Below, in pieces: positions 24,913-38,229 of a DNA stretch of 64,000 nucleotides; position 1 is the stretch's first letter, and each line of letters starts with the position of its first letter. The notes below the pieces were generated by a model. The model was not told the DNA's origin. It searched no databases and was given only the letters and a program-made list of their open reading frames with translations. The DNA lies in NCBI GenBank assembly GCA_964016885.1, contig OZ024766.1, positions 18,538,001 through 18,602,000 on the forward strand, read 5' to 3'. Made by a program: the position numbers and the translations under genes. Source of the stretch: Eledone cirrhosa (Eukaryota).

Positions 24913-25584
24913 TGGCTGTTTGTGTCTTAGCCTCGCCATCACCTTACCTTACTGACGTATCAGGTGATGCCTGTGGGTGTACTTGGCTGTTTGTGTCTTA
25001 GCCTCGCCATCACTTCACCTTACTGACGTATCAGGTGATGCCCGTGGGTGTACTTGGCTGTTTGTGTCTTAGCCTCGCCATCACTTCACCTTACTGACAT
25101 ATCAGGTGATGCCCGTGGGTGTACTTGGCTGTTTGTGTCTTAGCCTCGCCATCACTCCACCTTACTGACGTATCAGGTGATGCTCGTGGGTGTACTTGGC
25201 TGTTTGTGTCTTAGCCTCGCCACCACCTTACCTTACTGACGTATCAGGTGATGCCCGTGGGTGTACTTGGCTGTTTGTGTCTTAGCCTCGCCATCACTCC
25301 ACCTTACTGACGTATCAGGTGATGCTCGTGGGTGTACTTGGCTGTTTGTGTCTTAGCCTCGCCACCACCTTACCTTACTGACGTATCAGGTGATGCCCGT
25401 GGGTGTACTTGGCTGTTTGTGTCTTAGCCTCGCTATCACTTCACCTTACTGACGTATCAGGTGGGGGTACTTGGCTGTTTGTGTCTTAGCCTCGCCATCA
25501 CTTCACCTTACTGACGTATCAGGTGATGCCCGTGGGTGTACTTGGCTGTTTGTGTCTTAGCCTCGCCATCACTTCACCTTACTG
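24913..25584. repeat. 71-bp tandem repeat, about 9.5 copies
   Basis: GGCTGTTTGTGTCTTAGCCTCGCCATCACTTCACCTTACTGACGTATCAGGTGATGCCCGTGGGTGTACTT. Confidence 0.93.
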
Positions 25585-25619
25585 TGGCATCAGGCAGGGC
25601 TCCCAACGAGGTTATTTAG

Positions 25620-25980
25620 CTGTTTCTACTTTTGTCACAAGGCCAGCAATTAACCCCAGTGTATTACTGGTACTTTATTTTATTGAGCCTGTTACGGATG
25701 AAAGGCAAAGTTAACCTCGGCGGGATTTGAACTCAGGCGGCAAAGGGCCGTAACTCTATGCTGCAAAGCATGATGTCTGATCAGGCATCAGGCCAACAAT
25801 TTTGGGGAAGTGAGAAAGTCAAATAAATCGACACCAGTGTGTTACTGGTACTTTATTTTATCAAGCCCGTAAGGATGAAAGACAAAATTAACCTCGGCGG
25901 GATTTGAACTCTGAACACAAAGGGACGTAATTCCGTGCCGCGAAGTATGACCGGCGCTCTACCGATTACTGCCAATCCAT
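25620..25980 (-). mobile_element. Two degenerate SINE fragments (second family)
   Basis: CTGGTACTTTATTTTAT...GGATGAAAGGCAAAGTTAACCTCGGCGGGATTTGAACTC (B box on the minus strand) occurs twice. Confidence 0.65.
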
Positions 25981-26174
25981 TCTGCTAATTTGAATAACAG
26001 TGATAACAGTAATAACAATGATTTATTTATTAATCTACACAGGACCCACATAAAAAGAAAAAAACCATTGAAAACGGCACGGAACATGTAAATACGCAAC
26101 TAAAACTGCTAGCTCCCACTGGCAATATCAGCAGCAGCAAGGGGAGATAATATTTTACAATTTCCATCCGGGCA

Positions 26175-26186
26175 TCTTTCTTTCCC
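26175..26186 (+). promoter_or_regulatory. TCT initiator / 5' terminal oligopyrimidine tract of RPS13
   Basis: TCTTTCTTTCCC lies 25 nt upstream of the ATG, typical of ribosomal protein genes. Confidence 0.75.
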
Positions 26187-26200
26187 ATTCACCATTCAAG

Positions 26201-26223
26201 ATGGGTCGTATGCACTGCCCCGG
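26201..26223 (+). CDS. RPS13: 40S ribosomal protein S13 (uS15), exon 1
   Basis: ATGGGTCGTATGCACTGCCCCGG|gtaag encodes MGRMHCPG. Confidence 0.95.
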
Positions 26224-26793
26224 GTAAGACACATTTTTTATTCATTTTCGTCCGTTTTTAATGGTTTCTTCGCCCAGATTTTTAAATATTTATCAAGTTA
26301 AGGCCCTCCATTACATGTTCTGCCAGAAATTTTGTATATTTGTCTGGGTTTTAGGGGTGAAATTTAGTGACAAATGTGGCCGGGTTTTTCCTTTCATGTA
26401 GTGAATGTAATGTAAGTTAAGATGGCTGCCAGAGAGTGTGAGACACACGTGTTGTGGGATATATATTATATGATGTATATATAATATATATATATATATT
26501 ATATAATGCATATATATATATATATATATATTGATGTATATATATTATATGATATGTATATATATTATATGATATATATATTATATGATGTATATATATA
26601 TATATTATATGATGTGTATATATATATATATATATATTATATGATGTATATATGTGTATATATATATATATATATTATATGATGTATATATATATATATA
26701 TACATTATACTGTTGGAGATATAGATGGTGTGTATATAGATCGATATTTCTGTGTTGGAAGATATATATAGTATGTATGTATGTATAATATAT

Positions 26794-26832
<39 letters not shown>

Positions 26833-26833
26833 C

Positions 26834-27115
26834 GGAAGAAATGTGGTAAGGAACCAGGTGGACCATAACGCACCAAAGTACTCAATACTTAGGGTAGTAG
26901 AGTGGGTAATAGGAACGAGTATGACCCCGACGGCAGAGCTCAAGCCGTTTCGACGGCTAATTCTGGGCTAAAATCCGAAGTCCAGAATTAGCCGTCGAAA
27001 CGGCTTGAGCTCTGCCGTCGGGGTCCTACTCGTTTCTATATATATATATATAATAGTAGGTTACCCACCTAAGTATTGAGTACTTTGGTCCACCTGGTTC
27101 CTTACCACACTTCCT
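26834..27115. repeat. GC-rich palindrome in RPS13 intron 1; second core copy at 27375-27492
   Basis: GGAACGAGTATGACCCCGACGGCAGAGCTCAAGCCGTTTCGACGGCTAATTCTGG and its reverse complement, with imperfect outer arms. Confidence 0.88.
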
Positions 27116-27178
27116 TCATTATATATATATATATATATATTATATTTGTGTTACATTTAATACAAATTATCTCTTGGT

Positions 27179-27210
<32 letters not shown>

Positions 27211-28322
27211 GGAACGAGTATATATATATATATATATACTAGTATAATACCCGTCGTGGTGTTGTGTGTGTATCTATCTTGGGTGGGCAAAATTCACGAG
27301 ATCCATGGACGAGTTCTCTCCAGCATTGTCTGACATCTTAATGACTCTGCCAATATATATATATATATATATATATAGGAACAAGTATGACCCCGACGGC
27401 AGAGCTCAAGCCGTTTCGACGGCTATTTCTGAGTCCAGAATTAGCCGTCGAAACGGCTTGAGCTCTGCCGTCGGGGTCATACTCGTTCCTATATATATAT
27501 ATAATAGCTTTGTGGCATAGAGTTACGGCCCGTTGCGTTCTGAGTTCAAATTTCACCGATGTTAGCTTTGTGGCATGGAGTTACGGTCCTTTGCGTTCAG
27601 AGTTCAAATTCCGGCGTCGTTGGCTTTGTGGCACGGAGTTGTGGCCCTTTACGTTCTGATATCAAATCCCACCGGGGTTGTCTGCCTTACGGTGGCGTTC
27701 GATGAAAATAAAATACCAGTAACCTACTGATGTGGGTTTAATACCCCTTCCCCCCTCCCTCCTCACAAATTGTTGACCTTGTTTGCCTTAATCAGAACCT
27801 ATTGTAGGAAGTGGGCAAATACCACCCCAAGATCTCTAGATTGCAGTGGGAAATATCCCTTTGGGTTCTATTGGCTAATTTGACCTTTGAACGTGCCTTA
27901 AAATGGATTGGGGGGAGGGGGGGGTCGGACTTAGCCCCATCCACGGGGGTTTATTTATTATTATTTATTTTTTTAACCATGCCTTAAAACAAATATCAGA
28001 AAAATACTGTAACATCAGTTTGAGTGACCAGTTACAGCCAGTTTCAAATGAAAAGGGTAGAGATTTCTGGCCAGTTTTGGCCGGTTTGAACATTAAAGGG
28101 TTAATGGAGAATTTTGAGGGATTTACTAAAATTATTTCATTAGTAAGATAGTAACTTAATAAAATTATGTTGGAAGGTTTTAATAGGAACCCTTTAAAAT
28201 GGGTGGGATTTATAGAACCAGGGATAAGTTATTAATGGGATTCATAGAACCAGGGTTGGGTTATTTGGGGGTTTTTTACGGGTATTGTGTTAGTATTAAT
28301 ATATTAATCTTTTTCTTTACAG

Positions 28323-28371
28323 AAAGGGTATTTCCCAATCTGCCCTACCATATCGTCGCTCGGTACCAACG
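28323..28371 (+). CDS. RPS13: RPS13 exon 2
   Basis: ag|A AAG GGT...ACG|gtaag encodes KGISQSALPYRRSVPT. Confidence 0.97.
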
Positions 28372-28610
28372 GTAAGTATTAATACAAAGTTGAGCTTCGT
28401 TGGTGAGGATGTGTGGCCTGGTGGTTGGTGTTGATCTCTGGAGCTGGGTGTGTGTTTGTTGGCTGGTGGTGGTGTGTTGGACTTGTGATTGTAATGTGGG
28501 TTTGAATTCTGGACAGAGGAGGGTTGTGTGCTTTTGGAAGTCCACATTGGGGGGAGGTTTGTTGGTTGGTGTGTTATAAAACGTCCGATGTTCTACTGAT
28601 TAATGCCAGC

Positions 28611-28686
28611 AAGTCGTTATGATGTCACTGAAACTAATCCCAGCTCTCTGATATAATTTTGATGAGTTTAGTTTTCTGAATGACTT
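28611..28686 (+). ncRNA. Box C/D snoRNA, snR69-type (predicted 28S Cm, yeast C2948 equivalent), copy 1
   Basis: Terminal stem AAGTC/GACTT, C box ATGATGT, guide CTAATCCCAGCTC, D' CTGA, C' TTGATGA, D CTGA. Confidence 0.75.
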
Positions 28687-29129
28687 GGCATTAATTAATT
28701 AATTCTGGTCCTGTAGGGGTTACAGGCCTTCATCCACTGGGGCCCTTGGTTTTACATATATATAGAGAGAGAGAGGGCTAGGGTTTCATCTGCTGGGGCC
28801 ATTGGTTATATTAACATACAGGGCCAGGCCTTCAACTTTCTCCTGTTGAAACTGGCTGTAACGGGTCTCTCATACTGATGTTAAGGTATTGTTCTCAAAA
28901 TCTCAGTCGATATTATGTGAGGTAAAGCCTTTACTGTGACAATACAATAGTATATATAGAGTAATGTAAATGTCATGTGAGGTAAAGCCTTTACTGTGAC
29001 AATACAATAGTATATATAGAGTAATGTAAATGTCATGTGAGGTAAAGCCTTTACTGTGAAAATACAATAGTATATAAAGCCCCATTAAGGCTCTTAATCT
29101 GTTGTGAATATATATATACTGTGTAGGTA

Positions 29130-29420
29130 ACACGGTAAAAACCTCCCAGTCCACACTGTAAATGTGGTTGGTGTTAGGAAGGGCATCCAGCTGTAGAAAA
29201 CCCGCCAGACAGTCCACGCTGTAATGTGGCCGTGTAGGCAACACGGTAAAAACCTCCCAGCCCCACACTGTAAATGTGGTTGGTGTTAGGAAGGGCGTCC
29301 AACTAGAAAACCCGCCAGACAGTCCTATGCAAGCAAGACAACCACTCTTGCCTCAAGTGGGAAAACTCCCGTCCAAACCCATGCAAGCGTGGAACATGGA
29401 CTTTAAACGATGATGATGAT
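29130..29420 (+). mobile_element. SINE 3' portions (third family, GGAAGGGCATCCAG core) with (GAT)n tail
   Basis: Duplicated GGTTGGTGTTAGGAAGGGCATCCAGCTGTAGAAAACC and ...CCCATGCAAGCGTGGAAC...ACGATGATGATGAT. Confidence 0.65.
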
Positions 29421-29464
29421 ATCTGTATAATAAAGCAAGTTTATTATACAGGGTTTCTTAATGT

Positions 29465-29544
29465 TAAAGTCATTATGATGTTAATTAAACTAATCCCAGC
29501 TCTCTGATATAATTTTGATGAGTTTAGTTTACTGAATGACTTTA
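29465..29544 (+). ncRNA. Box C/D snoRNA, snR69-type, copy 2
   Basis: Same boxes and guide, with stem TAAAGTCATT/AATGACTTTA. Confidence 0.75.
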
Positions 29545-29582
29545 TATGGGTTTATATATGTGTGGGGGTGTATGTATGTATA

Positions 29583-30016
29583 TCATCATCATCATTTTAC
29601 GTCCACTTTTCCCTGCTTGCAAAGGTGGGACGGGAACTGATTCTGGCTTGATTTCTACAGCTGGATGCCCTTCCTAACACCAACCTCATTTACAGTGAGG
29701 GCTGGGTGCTTTTTTGCCGTGGCACCTCCACGACCACTTTACAGTGTGGGCTGGGTGCTTTTTTGCCGTGGCACCTCCACGACCACTTTACAGTGTGGGC
29801 TGGGTGCTTTTTTGCCGTGGCACCTCCACGACCACTTTGCAGTGGAATGATAGGGACCCCAGTCCCTATCATCTCATTTCTACAGCTGAGTAAACTGGAG
29901 CAATGTGAAATAAAGTGTCTTGCTCAAGGAAACAACACATCGCCCGGTCTGAGAATTGAACTCACAAGCTTTCGATTGCAAGGCCAATGCTCTAACCACT
30001 AAGCCATGTTCCTCCA
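29583..30016 (-). mobile_element. tRNA-derived SINE (3 VNTR units)
   Basis: Same family as 4084-4724. Confidence 0.85.
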
Positions 30017-30158
30017 TATATATAGAGTAATGTAAATGTTGTGTGAGGTAAGGCCTTTACTGTGACAATACAATAGTATATATTTAAAGCTGTTAATCTG
30101 TTGTGAATATATATATCTGTATAATAAAACAAGTTTATTATACAGGGTTTCTTAATGT

Positions 30159-30238
30159 TAAAGTCATTATGATGTTAATTAAACTAATCCCAGCTCTCTG
30201 ATATAATTTTGATGAGTTTAGTTTACTGAGTGACTTTA
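30159..30238 (+). ncRNA. Box C/D snoRNA, snR69-type, copy 3
   Basis: Nearly identical to copy 2, including flanks. Confidence 0.72.
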
Positions 30239-30276
30239 TATGGGTTTATATATGTGTGGGGGTGTATGTATGTATA

Positions 30277-30764
30277 TCATCATCATTTTACGTCTGCTTT
30301 TCCCTGCTTGCAAGGGTGGGACGGGAACTGATTCTGGCTTGATTTCTACAGCTGGATGCCCTTCCTAACACCAACCTCATTTACAGTGAGTGCTGGGTGC
30401 TTTTTTGCCGTGGCACCTCCACAACCACTTTACAGTGAGTGCTGGGTGCTTTTTTGCCGTGGCCCCTCCACGACCACTTTACAGTGTGGGCTGGGTGCTT
30501 TTTTGCCGTGGCCCCTCCACGACCACTTTACAGTGAGTGGTGGGTGCTTTTTTGCCGTGGCACCTCCACGACCACTTTACAGTGTGGGCTGGGTGCTTTT
30601 TTATAGTGGAATGATATAGACCCCAGTCCCTATCATCTCATTTCTACAGCTGAGTAAACTGGAGCAATGTGAAATAAAGTGTCTTGCTCAAGGAAACAAC
30701 ACATCACCCTGTCTGAGAATTGAACTCACAACCTTTCGATTGCAAGGCCAATGCTCTAACCACT
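30277..30764 (-). mobile_element. tRNA-derived SINE (about 4 VNTR units)
   Basis: Same family as 4084-4724. Confidence 0.85.
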
Positions 30765-30767
30765 ACT

Positions 30768-31246
<479 letters not shown>

Positions 31247-31299
31247 TAGGGTTCCTGTCATTTCTTGTTTCAAACCCCATCTTAACCCTTTTATATGAG

Positions 31300-32215
31300 A
31301 ACCTTTGTTAAGTTAAGTTCCATCAAAGTAATGAAAGCATTAAAGTGTTTATATTTATGTAAGAACCTTTGTTAAGTTATGTTCCAGTAGAAATATGGTA
31401 ATGAAACGGTTAAAGTGTTTATATTTATGTAGGAACCTTTGTTAAGTTATGTTCCAGTAGAAATATGGTAATGAAACGGTTAAAGTGTTTATATTTATGT
31501 AGGAACCTTTGTTGAGTTATGTTCCATTAGAAATATGGTAATGAAAGGGTTAAAGTGTTTATATTTATGTAGGAACCTTTGTTGAGTTATGTTCCATTAG
31601 AAATATGGTAATGAAAGGGTTAAGGTGTTTATATTTATGTAGGAACCTTTAAGTTATGTTCCATTATAAATATGGTAATGAAAGGCTTAAAGTGTTTATA
31701 TTTATGTAAGAACCTTTGTTAAGTTATGTTCCATTAGAAATATGGTAATGAAAGGGTTAAAGTGTTTATATTTATGTAAGAACCTCTGTTAAGTTATGTT
31801 CCATTAGAAATATGGTAATGAAAGGGTTAAAGTGTTTATATTTATGTAGGAACCTTTAAGTTATGTTCCATTATAAATATGGTAATGAAAGGCTTAAAGT
31901 GTTTATATTTATGTAAGAACCTTTGTTAAGTTATGTTCCATTAGAAATATGGTAATGAAAGGGTTAAAGTGTTTATATTTATGTAAGAACCTCTGTTAAG
32001 TTATGTTCCATTAGAAATATGGTAATGAAAGGGTTAAAGTGTTTATATTTATGTAGGAACCTTTAAGTTATGTTCCATTATAAATATGGTAATGAAAGGC
32101 TTAAAGTGTTTATATTTATGTAAGAACCTTTGTTAAGTTATGTTCCATTAGAAATATGGTAATGAAAGGGTTAAAGTGTTTATATTTATGTAAGAACCTC
32201 TGTTAAGTTATGTTC
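31300..32215. repeat. About 70-bp tandem repeat filling RPS13 intron 3, about 13 copies
   Basis: GAACCTTTGTTAAGTTATGTTCCATTAGAAATATGGTAATGAAAGGGTTAAAGTGTTTATATTTATGTA. Confidence 0.92.
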
Positions 32216-32323
32216 CAAACACCAACTTAACAATGTGAAATTTATGTTACTAAATCCCTCCCGATCCAATATTAATGTGTTATTGAAAGGGTTTCGGGGC
32301 CCTCATTGTCACCTGTCCCCTAA

Positions 32324-32566
<243 letters not shown>

Positions 32567-32615
32567 TAATACCCGTTGTGGTGTTGTATGTGTGTGTATC
32601 TATCTAGGGTGGGTG

Positions 32616-32654
<39 letters not shown>

Positions 32655-32811
32655 TAGCATAATACCCGTCGTGGTGTTGTATGTATGTGTGTGTGTGTAT
32701 TTATCTAGGGTGGGCAAAATTCACGAGATCCATGGACGAGTTCTCTCCAGCAGTGTCTGTCCCCCATTGTCTGACATCTAAATGACTCTGCCAATTTGTG
32801 TATATATATAA

Positions 32812-33393
32812 TCATCACCATTTTACGTCCGCTTTTCCTTGCTTGCAAGGGTGGGACAGGAACTGATTCTGGCTTGATTTCTACAGCTGGATGCCCTTCC
32901 TAACACCAACCTCATTTACAGTGAGTGCTGGGTGCTCTTTTGCCATGGCACCTCCACGACCACTTTACAGTGAGTGCTGGGTGCTTTTTTTGCTGTGGCA
33001 CCTCCACGACCACTTTACAGTGAGTGCTGGGTGCTTTTTTGCCATTGCACCTCCACGACCACTTTACAGTGAGTGCTGGCTGCTTTTTTGCCGTGGCACC
33101 TCCACAACTACTTTACAGTGAGTGCTGGCTGCTTTTTTGCTGTGGCACCTCCACGACCACTTTACAGTGAGTGCTGGCTGCTTTTTTGTCGTGGCACCTC
33201 CACGACCACTTTACAGTGAGTGCTGGGTGCTTTTTTGCCGTGGCACCTCCACTACCACTTTACAGTGAGTGCTGGGCCACGACCAGTTTACAGTGGAATG
33301 ATAGGGACTGAGGTCCCTATCTCATTTCTACAGCTGAGTAAACTGGAGCAATGTGAAATAAAGTGTATTGTTCAAGGAAACAACACATCACCA
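32812..33393 (-). mobile_element. tRNA-derived SINE, head truncated (about 7 VNTR units), followed by an inverted SINE tail at 33420-33626
   Basis: Same family as 4084-4724. Confidence 0.8.
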
Positions 33394-33748
33394 CATGTAC
33401 AATATGCCCCCATACCTTCCCACTGTAAAGTGGAGGTGCCACAGCAAAAAGGCACCCAGCACTCACTGTAAATGAGGTTGGTGTTAGGAAGGGCATCCAG
33501 CTGTAGAAATCAAGCCAGCATCAGTTCCCATATGAGCAAGACAAGGTCAGCCAACCAGACACTGCCCACAACAGGACAACCCGTCTAACCCATGCTAGCG
33601 TGGAAGAACGGACATAAAACGATGATATATATTAGGTGAATATACATGGTGTGTCTCTTGTGTGTAATTTTATATATATACTAGCATAGTACCTGTAATT
33701 CAATACACACATGCTATTGCTGTTGTACATGTGACTAGCCATACCCTG

Positions 33749-33827
33749 GTACCTCCAGTGATGATAAATAAGACAAGCATATGTCTGACCCTAGGGTTTG
33801 TTGACTAATCTATGTCTGAGAAGGTTC
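33749..33827 (+). ncRNA. SNORD27: Box C/D snoRNA U27/snR74-type (18S Am27/28 guide), copy A
   Basis: C box GTGATGA, guide GACAAGCATATG complementary to 18S CAUAUGCUUGUC, D' CTGA, D CTGA, and ACCT/AGGT stem. Confidence 0.85.
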
Positions 33828-34259
33828 TTTTGGCTTCTTGCATATATATGTATATTCTTTTATCTCTCATTTTAATCATCATCATCATCTTCATTTAACG
33901 TCCATTTTCCACGCTAGCATGGGTTAGACGTGAGTTGTCCCACTTGAGGCAAGGCTGGTCGGGTGACCTTGTTTCGCTCGTATAGGACTGTCTGGCAGGT
34001 TTTCTACGGCTGGATGCCCTTCCTAACACCAACCACGTTTACAGTGTGGAACTGGGAACTTTTTACCGTGTTACCTACACGGCCACATTACAGCGTATAC
34101 ATATATACAATCATTGTTTTACGTCCATTCTTCCACGCTAACATATACACACACACACACACATACATGTCCAGGGATCTATTATATATACATATTGTGT
34201 GTGTGTGTGGTTTAGAGGTTGTGGGCTGTATTCTTGCCTCTTGTTGTTATTGTTGTTAC

Positions 34260-34855
34260 ACCTCACATGTAGGTTTAGCTGGCCTCCAAGGTATATCTCG
34301 TTGGAGGTGTCTTGGGTGATTTAATGATAGGGACCCCAGTCCTATCATGTTGTGACAGCTCACACCTATGTAGGTTTAGCTGGCCTCTTCCAAGGTATAT
34401 CTCGTTAGAGGTGTCTTGGGTGATTTAATGATAGGGACCCCAGTCCTATCAGTTATACCTCACACCTATGCAGGTTGAGCTGGCCTCTTGCGAGGTATAT
34501 CTCGTTGGAGGTATCTTGGGTGATTTAATGACAGGGACCCCAGTCCTATCATGTTGTGACAGCTTACACCTATGTAGGTTTAGCTGGCCTCCTCCAAGGT
34601 ATATCTCGTTGGAGGTGTCTTGGGTGATTTAATGATAGGGACCCCAGTCCTATCATGTTGTTACACCTCACACCTATGTAGGATTAGCTGGCCTCCTCCA
34701 AGGTATATCTCGTTGGAGGTGTCTTGGGTGATTTAATGATAGGGACCCCAGTCCTATCATGTTGTGACAGCTCACACCTATGTAGGTTTAGCTGGCCTCC
34801 TCCGAGGTATATCTCGTTGGAGGAGTCTTGGGTGATTCAATGATAGGGACCCCAG
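34260..34855. repeat. About 102-bp tandem repeat, 6 copies
   Basis: TGTAGGTTTAGCTGGCCTC...AGGTATATCTCGTTGGAGGTGTCTTGGGTGATTTAATGATAGGGACCCCAGTCCTATC. Confidence 0.88.
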
Positions 34856-35140
34856 GGCTCGAAGTCACAACCCCAAGATTGCCCGATCACTACATATATG
34901 TGTGTGTGCGTGTTGGTTAGAAACTCTGGGGAGATGTCTTCAGAGAAAAAACACTTGCTAGGTGGGTGGGGGTCTCTCTGAAGACTTTCTCTTACCCAGG
35001 TCTCCTAGCAGTTTTCTTTACAATGTTATATTGTTTGTATGAAGATGTGTGTGGTGAAGAGGTTTTGGTCCTCGATAAGACATTTTAGCAATTTTAATGA
35101 GGCATGATACCGTGTGTGTATGAGTATTTAGCCATACCCT

Positions 35141-35222
35141 AGTACCTCCAGTGATGATAAATACGACAAGCATATGTCTGACCCTAAGGGTTTGTTGACC
35201 AATCTGCGTCTGAGAAGGTACT
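35141..35222 (+). ncRNA. SNORD27: U27-type box C/D snoRNA, copy B
   Basis: Same boxes and guide, with stem AGTACCT/AGGTACT. Confidence 0.87.
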
Positions 35223-35234
35223 TTTATTTTTCTT

Positions 35235-35289
<55 letters not shown>

Positions 35290-35474
35290 ATTGGGTTATA
35301 TGGTTTGTTGATTATTTATGCTAAGGTATGTCTATCTTAACACTGAATATTATATTTTATCTGATGAAAGTACCAGTAATGCACTGGGTAATTGCTGGCC
35401 TTGTGCCTAAAATAGAAACAATTATATTTTATCTGATGAAAGCACACTAAAATTTAGTGTCCTTGAAATACGTG

Positions 35475-36050
35475 TCATCATCACCGTTTTACATCCGTTC
35501 TTCCATGCTAGCATGGGTTAGACGGGTTGTCCTGTTGAGGGCAGTTTCCGGTCGGCTGACCATGCCTTGCTCATACGGGAACTGATTCTGGCTTGATTTC
35601 TACAGCTGGATGCCCTTCCTAACACCAACCTCATTTACAGTGAGTGCTGGGTGCTTTTTTTTGCTGTGGCACCTCCACGACCACTTTACAGTGTGTGCTG
35701 GGTGCTTTTTTGCCGTGGCACCTCCACGACCACTTTACAGTGAGTGCTGGGTGCTTTTTTGCCGTAGCACCTCCACGACCACTTTACAGTGAGTGCTGGG
35801 TGCTTTTTTTGCCGTGGCACTTCCACGACCACTTTACAGTGAGTGCTGGGTGCTTTTTTGCCGTGGCACCTCCACGACCACTTTACAGTGAGTGCTGGGT
35901 GCTTTTTTGCCGTGGCACCTCCACGACCACTTTACAGTGAGTGCTGGGTGCTTTTTTGCCGTGGCACCTCCACGACCGCTTTACAGTGAGTGCTGGGTGC
36001 TTTTTTGCAGTGGAATGATAGGGACCCCAGTCCTATCATCTCATTTCTAC
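35475..36050 (-). mobile_element. SINE, head missing (about 7 VNTR units)
   Basis: Same family core, VNTR and tail. Confidence 0.8.
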
Positions 36051-36123
36051 ATCTGTGTATATATATATATATATATATATCTGTATAATAAAACAAGCGT
36101 TTAGGAAATTTTTATAATAATAT

Positions 36124-36203
36124 TAAAGTCATTATGATGTTAATTAAACTAATCCCAGCTCTCTGATATAATTTTGATGAGTTTAGATTACTGAATGACT
36201 TTA
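36124..36203 (+). ncRNA. Box C/D snoRNA, snR69-type, copy 4 (intron 4)
   Basis: Same boxes, guide and terminal stem as copies 2-3. Confidence 0.75.
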
Positions 36204-36522
36204 TATAATATATATATATCTCTGTATAATATATATATATCTGTATAATAATATATATTTCCATATAATATAATATATATATTGTTATACTTTGGGAGGG
36301 TCATGTTGCCAATAAGAAACACACGCACCATTTGCTTTCACTTCAATTTATAATAATAAATTTATAAATTTCCGGTTGGTTGGTTCCACAACCAGATGGT
36401 TGTTTATATATTGTCAAAGTTCTTTCGTCACACATTCTGTGACCTCTTCAGTGACTGGGGATTCTTTTCTTTGTTCTGTCCTACGCCATATAATATAATA
36501 TATATATTTCCATATAATATAA

Positions 36523-36710
<188 letters not shown>

Positions 36711-36876
36711 GTAAGTACTGTTGTTGTTACTCTTACTACTACTGATATTACAAGACCAAAGAGGGGGTGGGGTACCCACACCACACATATATTGATAGGG
36801 TCTGTGGTGCTGAGACTAGGGAGTCCACTAGCCATGGTAAGATGTAGAGTGGGCATTTTATATATATATATATATA

Positions 36877-37125
36877 CTAGCAGGTTTACCCGGCATTGCC
36901 CGGTGTTTGAAAATCCCATAAGGATTTAGTTTTTATGGATTTGCTGACATAGGGATGTGATTTTTTTTATTGGTCAGCGTGGGTCGATTTGAAAAAATTT
37001 TGTGGTGTGACCATCTTTGCGAGAGGTGCAACGTGCACAGAAAATTTGGTCATATTCGGTTGGGAATTGTAAAAGCCTTAGCTATCCAAAGTTGTCCACA
37101 GACACACACACATCCTCGCTTTTAT
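36877..37125 (-). mobile_element. Putative non-autonomous Helitron-like element
   Basis: The minus-strand end reads CCGGGCAATGCCGGG (hairpin-like) followed by ...CTAG|T, inserted in a (TA)n tract. Confidence 0.5.
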
Positions 37126-37326
37126 ATATATATATATGGAGGCACATGGCTTAGTGGTTAATTTCTTAGAAATGTTTTGAATGAACTGTGACCTCAAATA
37201 ATTGAAATGTTGTTGGAAAATGCATCTTACATCTTCATTGTAAAGCTGACCAATACATTCGAGAAGTCTCTTTCTCTACACATGTTTTGAGAATTTATAA
37301 CATAGTTCTACCTTTGATATATACAT

Positions 37327-38093
37327 GGAGGCACAGGGCTTGCAATCGAAAGGTTGTGAGTTCAATTCTCAGACCAGGTGATGTTGTTTCCTTGAGCAAG
37401 ACACTTTATTTCACATTGCTCCAGTTTACTCAGCTGTAGAAATGAGATGATAGGACTGGGGTCCCTATCATTCCACTGTAAAGTGGTTGTGGAGGTGTCA
37501 CGGCAAAAAAAAGCACCCAGCCCACACTGTAAAGTGGTCGTGGAGGTGCCACGGCAAAAAAGACACCCAGCACTCACGGCAAAAAAGCACCCAGCACTCA
37601 CTGTAAAGTGGTCGTGGAGGTGCCACGGCAAAAAAGCACCCAGCACTCTCTGTAAAGTGGTCGTAGAGGTACCAAGGCCAAAAAGCACCCAGCACTCACT
37701 GTAAAGTGGTCGTGGAGGTGCCACGGCAAAAAAGCACCCAGCACTCACTGTATAGTGGTCGTGGAGGTGCCACAGCAAAAAAGCACCCAGCACTCACTGT
37801 AAAGTGGTCGTGGAGGTGCCACAGCAAAAAAGCACCCAGCACTCACTGTAAAGTGGTCGTGGAGGTGCCACGGCAAAAAAGCACCCAGCACTCACTGTAA
37901 AGTGGTCGTGGAGGTGCCACGGCAAAAAAGCACCCAGTACTCACTGTAAATGAGGTTGGTGTTAGGAAGGGCATCCAGCTGTAGAAATCAAGGCAGAATC
38001 AGTTCCCGTATGAGCAAGACAAGGTCAGCCAACAGGACAACCCGTCTAACCCATGCTAGCGTGGAAGAAGGGGACGTAAAACGGAGATGATGA
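37327..38093 (+). mobile_element. tRNA-derived SINE (about 9 VNTR units)
   Basis: GGAGGCAC...GTGAGTTCAATTCTCAGACC...CCTTGAGCAAGACACTTT...(GAT)n. Confidence 0.83.
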
Positions 38094-38121
38094 TAATAGT
38101 GTATGTTTCTATCTACACCCT

Positions 38122-38204
38122 GGTACCTCCTGTGATGATAAACAAGACAAGCATATGTCTGAACCCTAAGGGTTTGTTGACTAATCTGTGTCTGAGAAGG
38201 TACT
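38122..38204 (+). ncRNA. SNORD27: U27-type box C/D snoRNA, copy C
   Basis: GGTACCT..GTGATGA..GACAAGCATATGtCTGA..CTGAGAAGGTACT. Confidence 0.85.
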
Positions 38205-38229
38205 GTTTGATAGTAATGTACTTTTGATT

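Noticed and set aside
26216-26218. Cys at RPS13 position 6 (MGRMHCPG)
   Set aside because: This position varies among eukaryotes, and a single substitution is not enough to claim significance.
36413-36455. Minus-strand CTGAAGA-GGTCACA...TGTGAC-GAAA motif
   Set aside because: Stem II is out of register by one base and stem III is non-palindromic, so it was not counted as intact.
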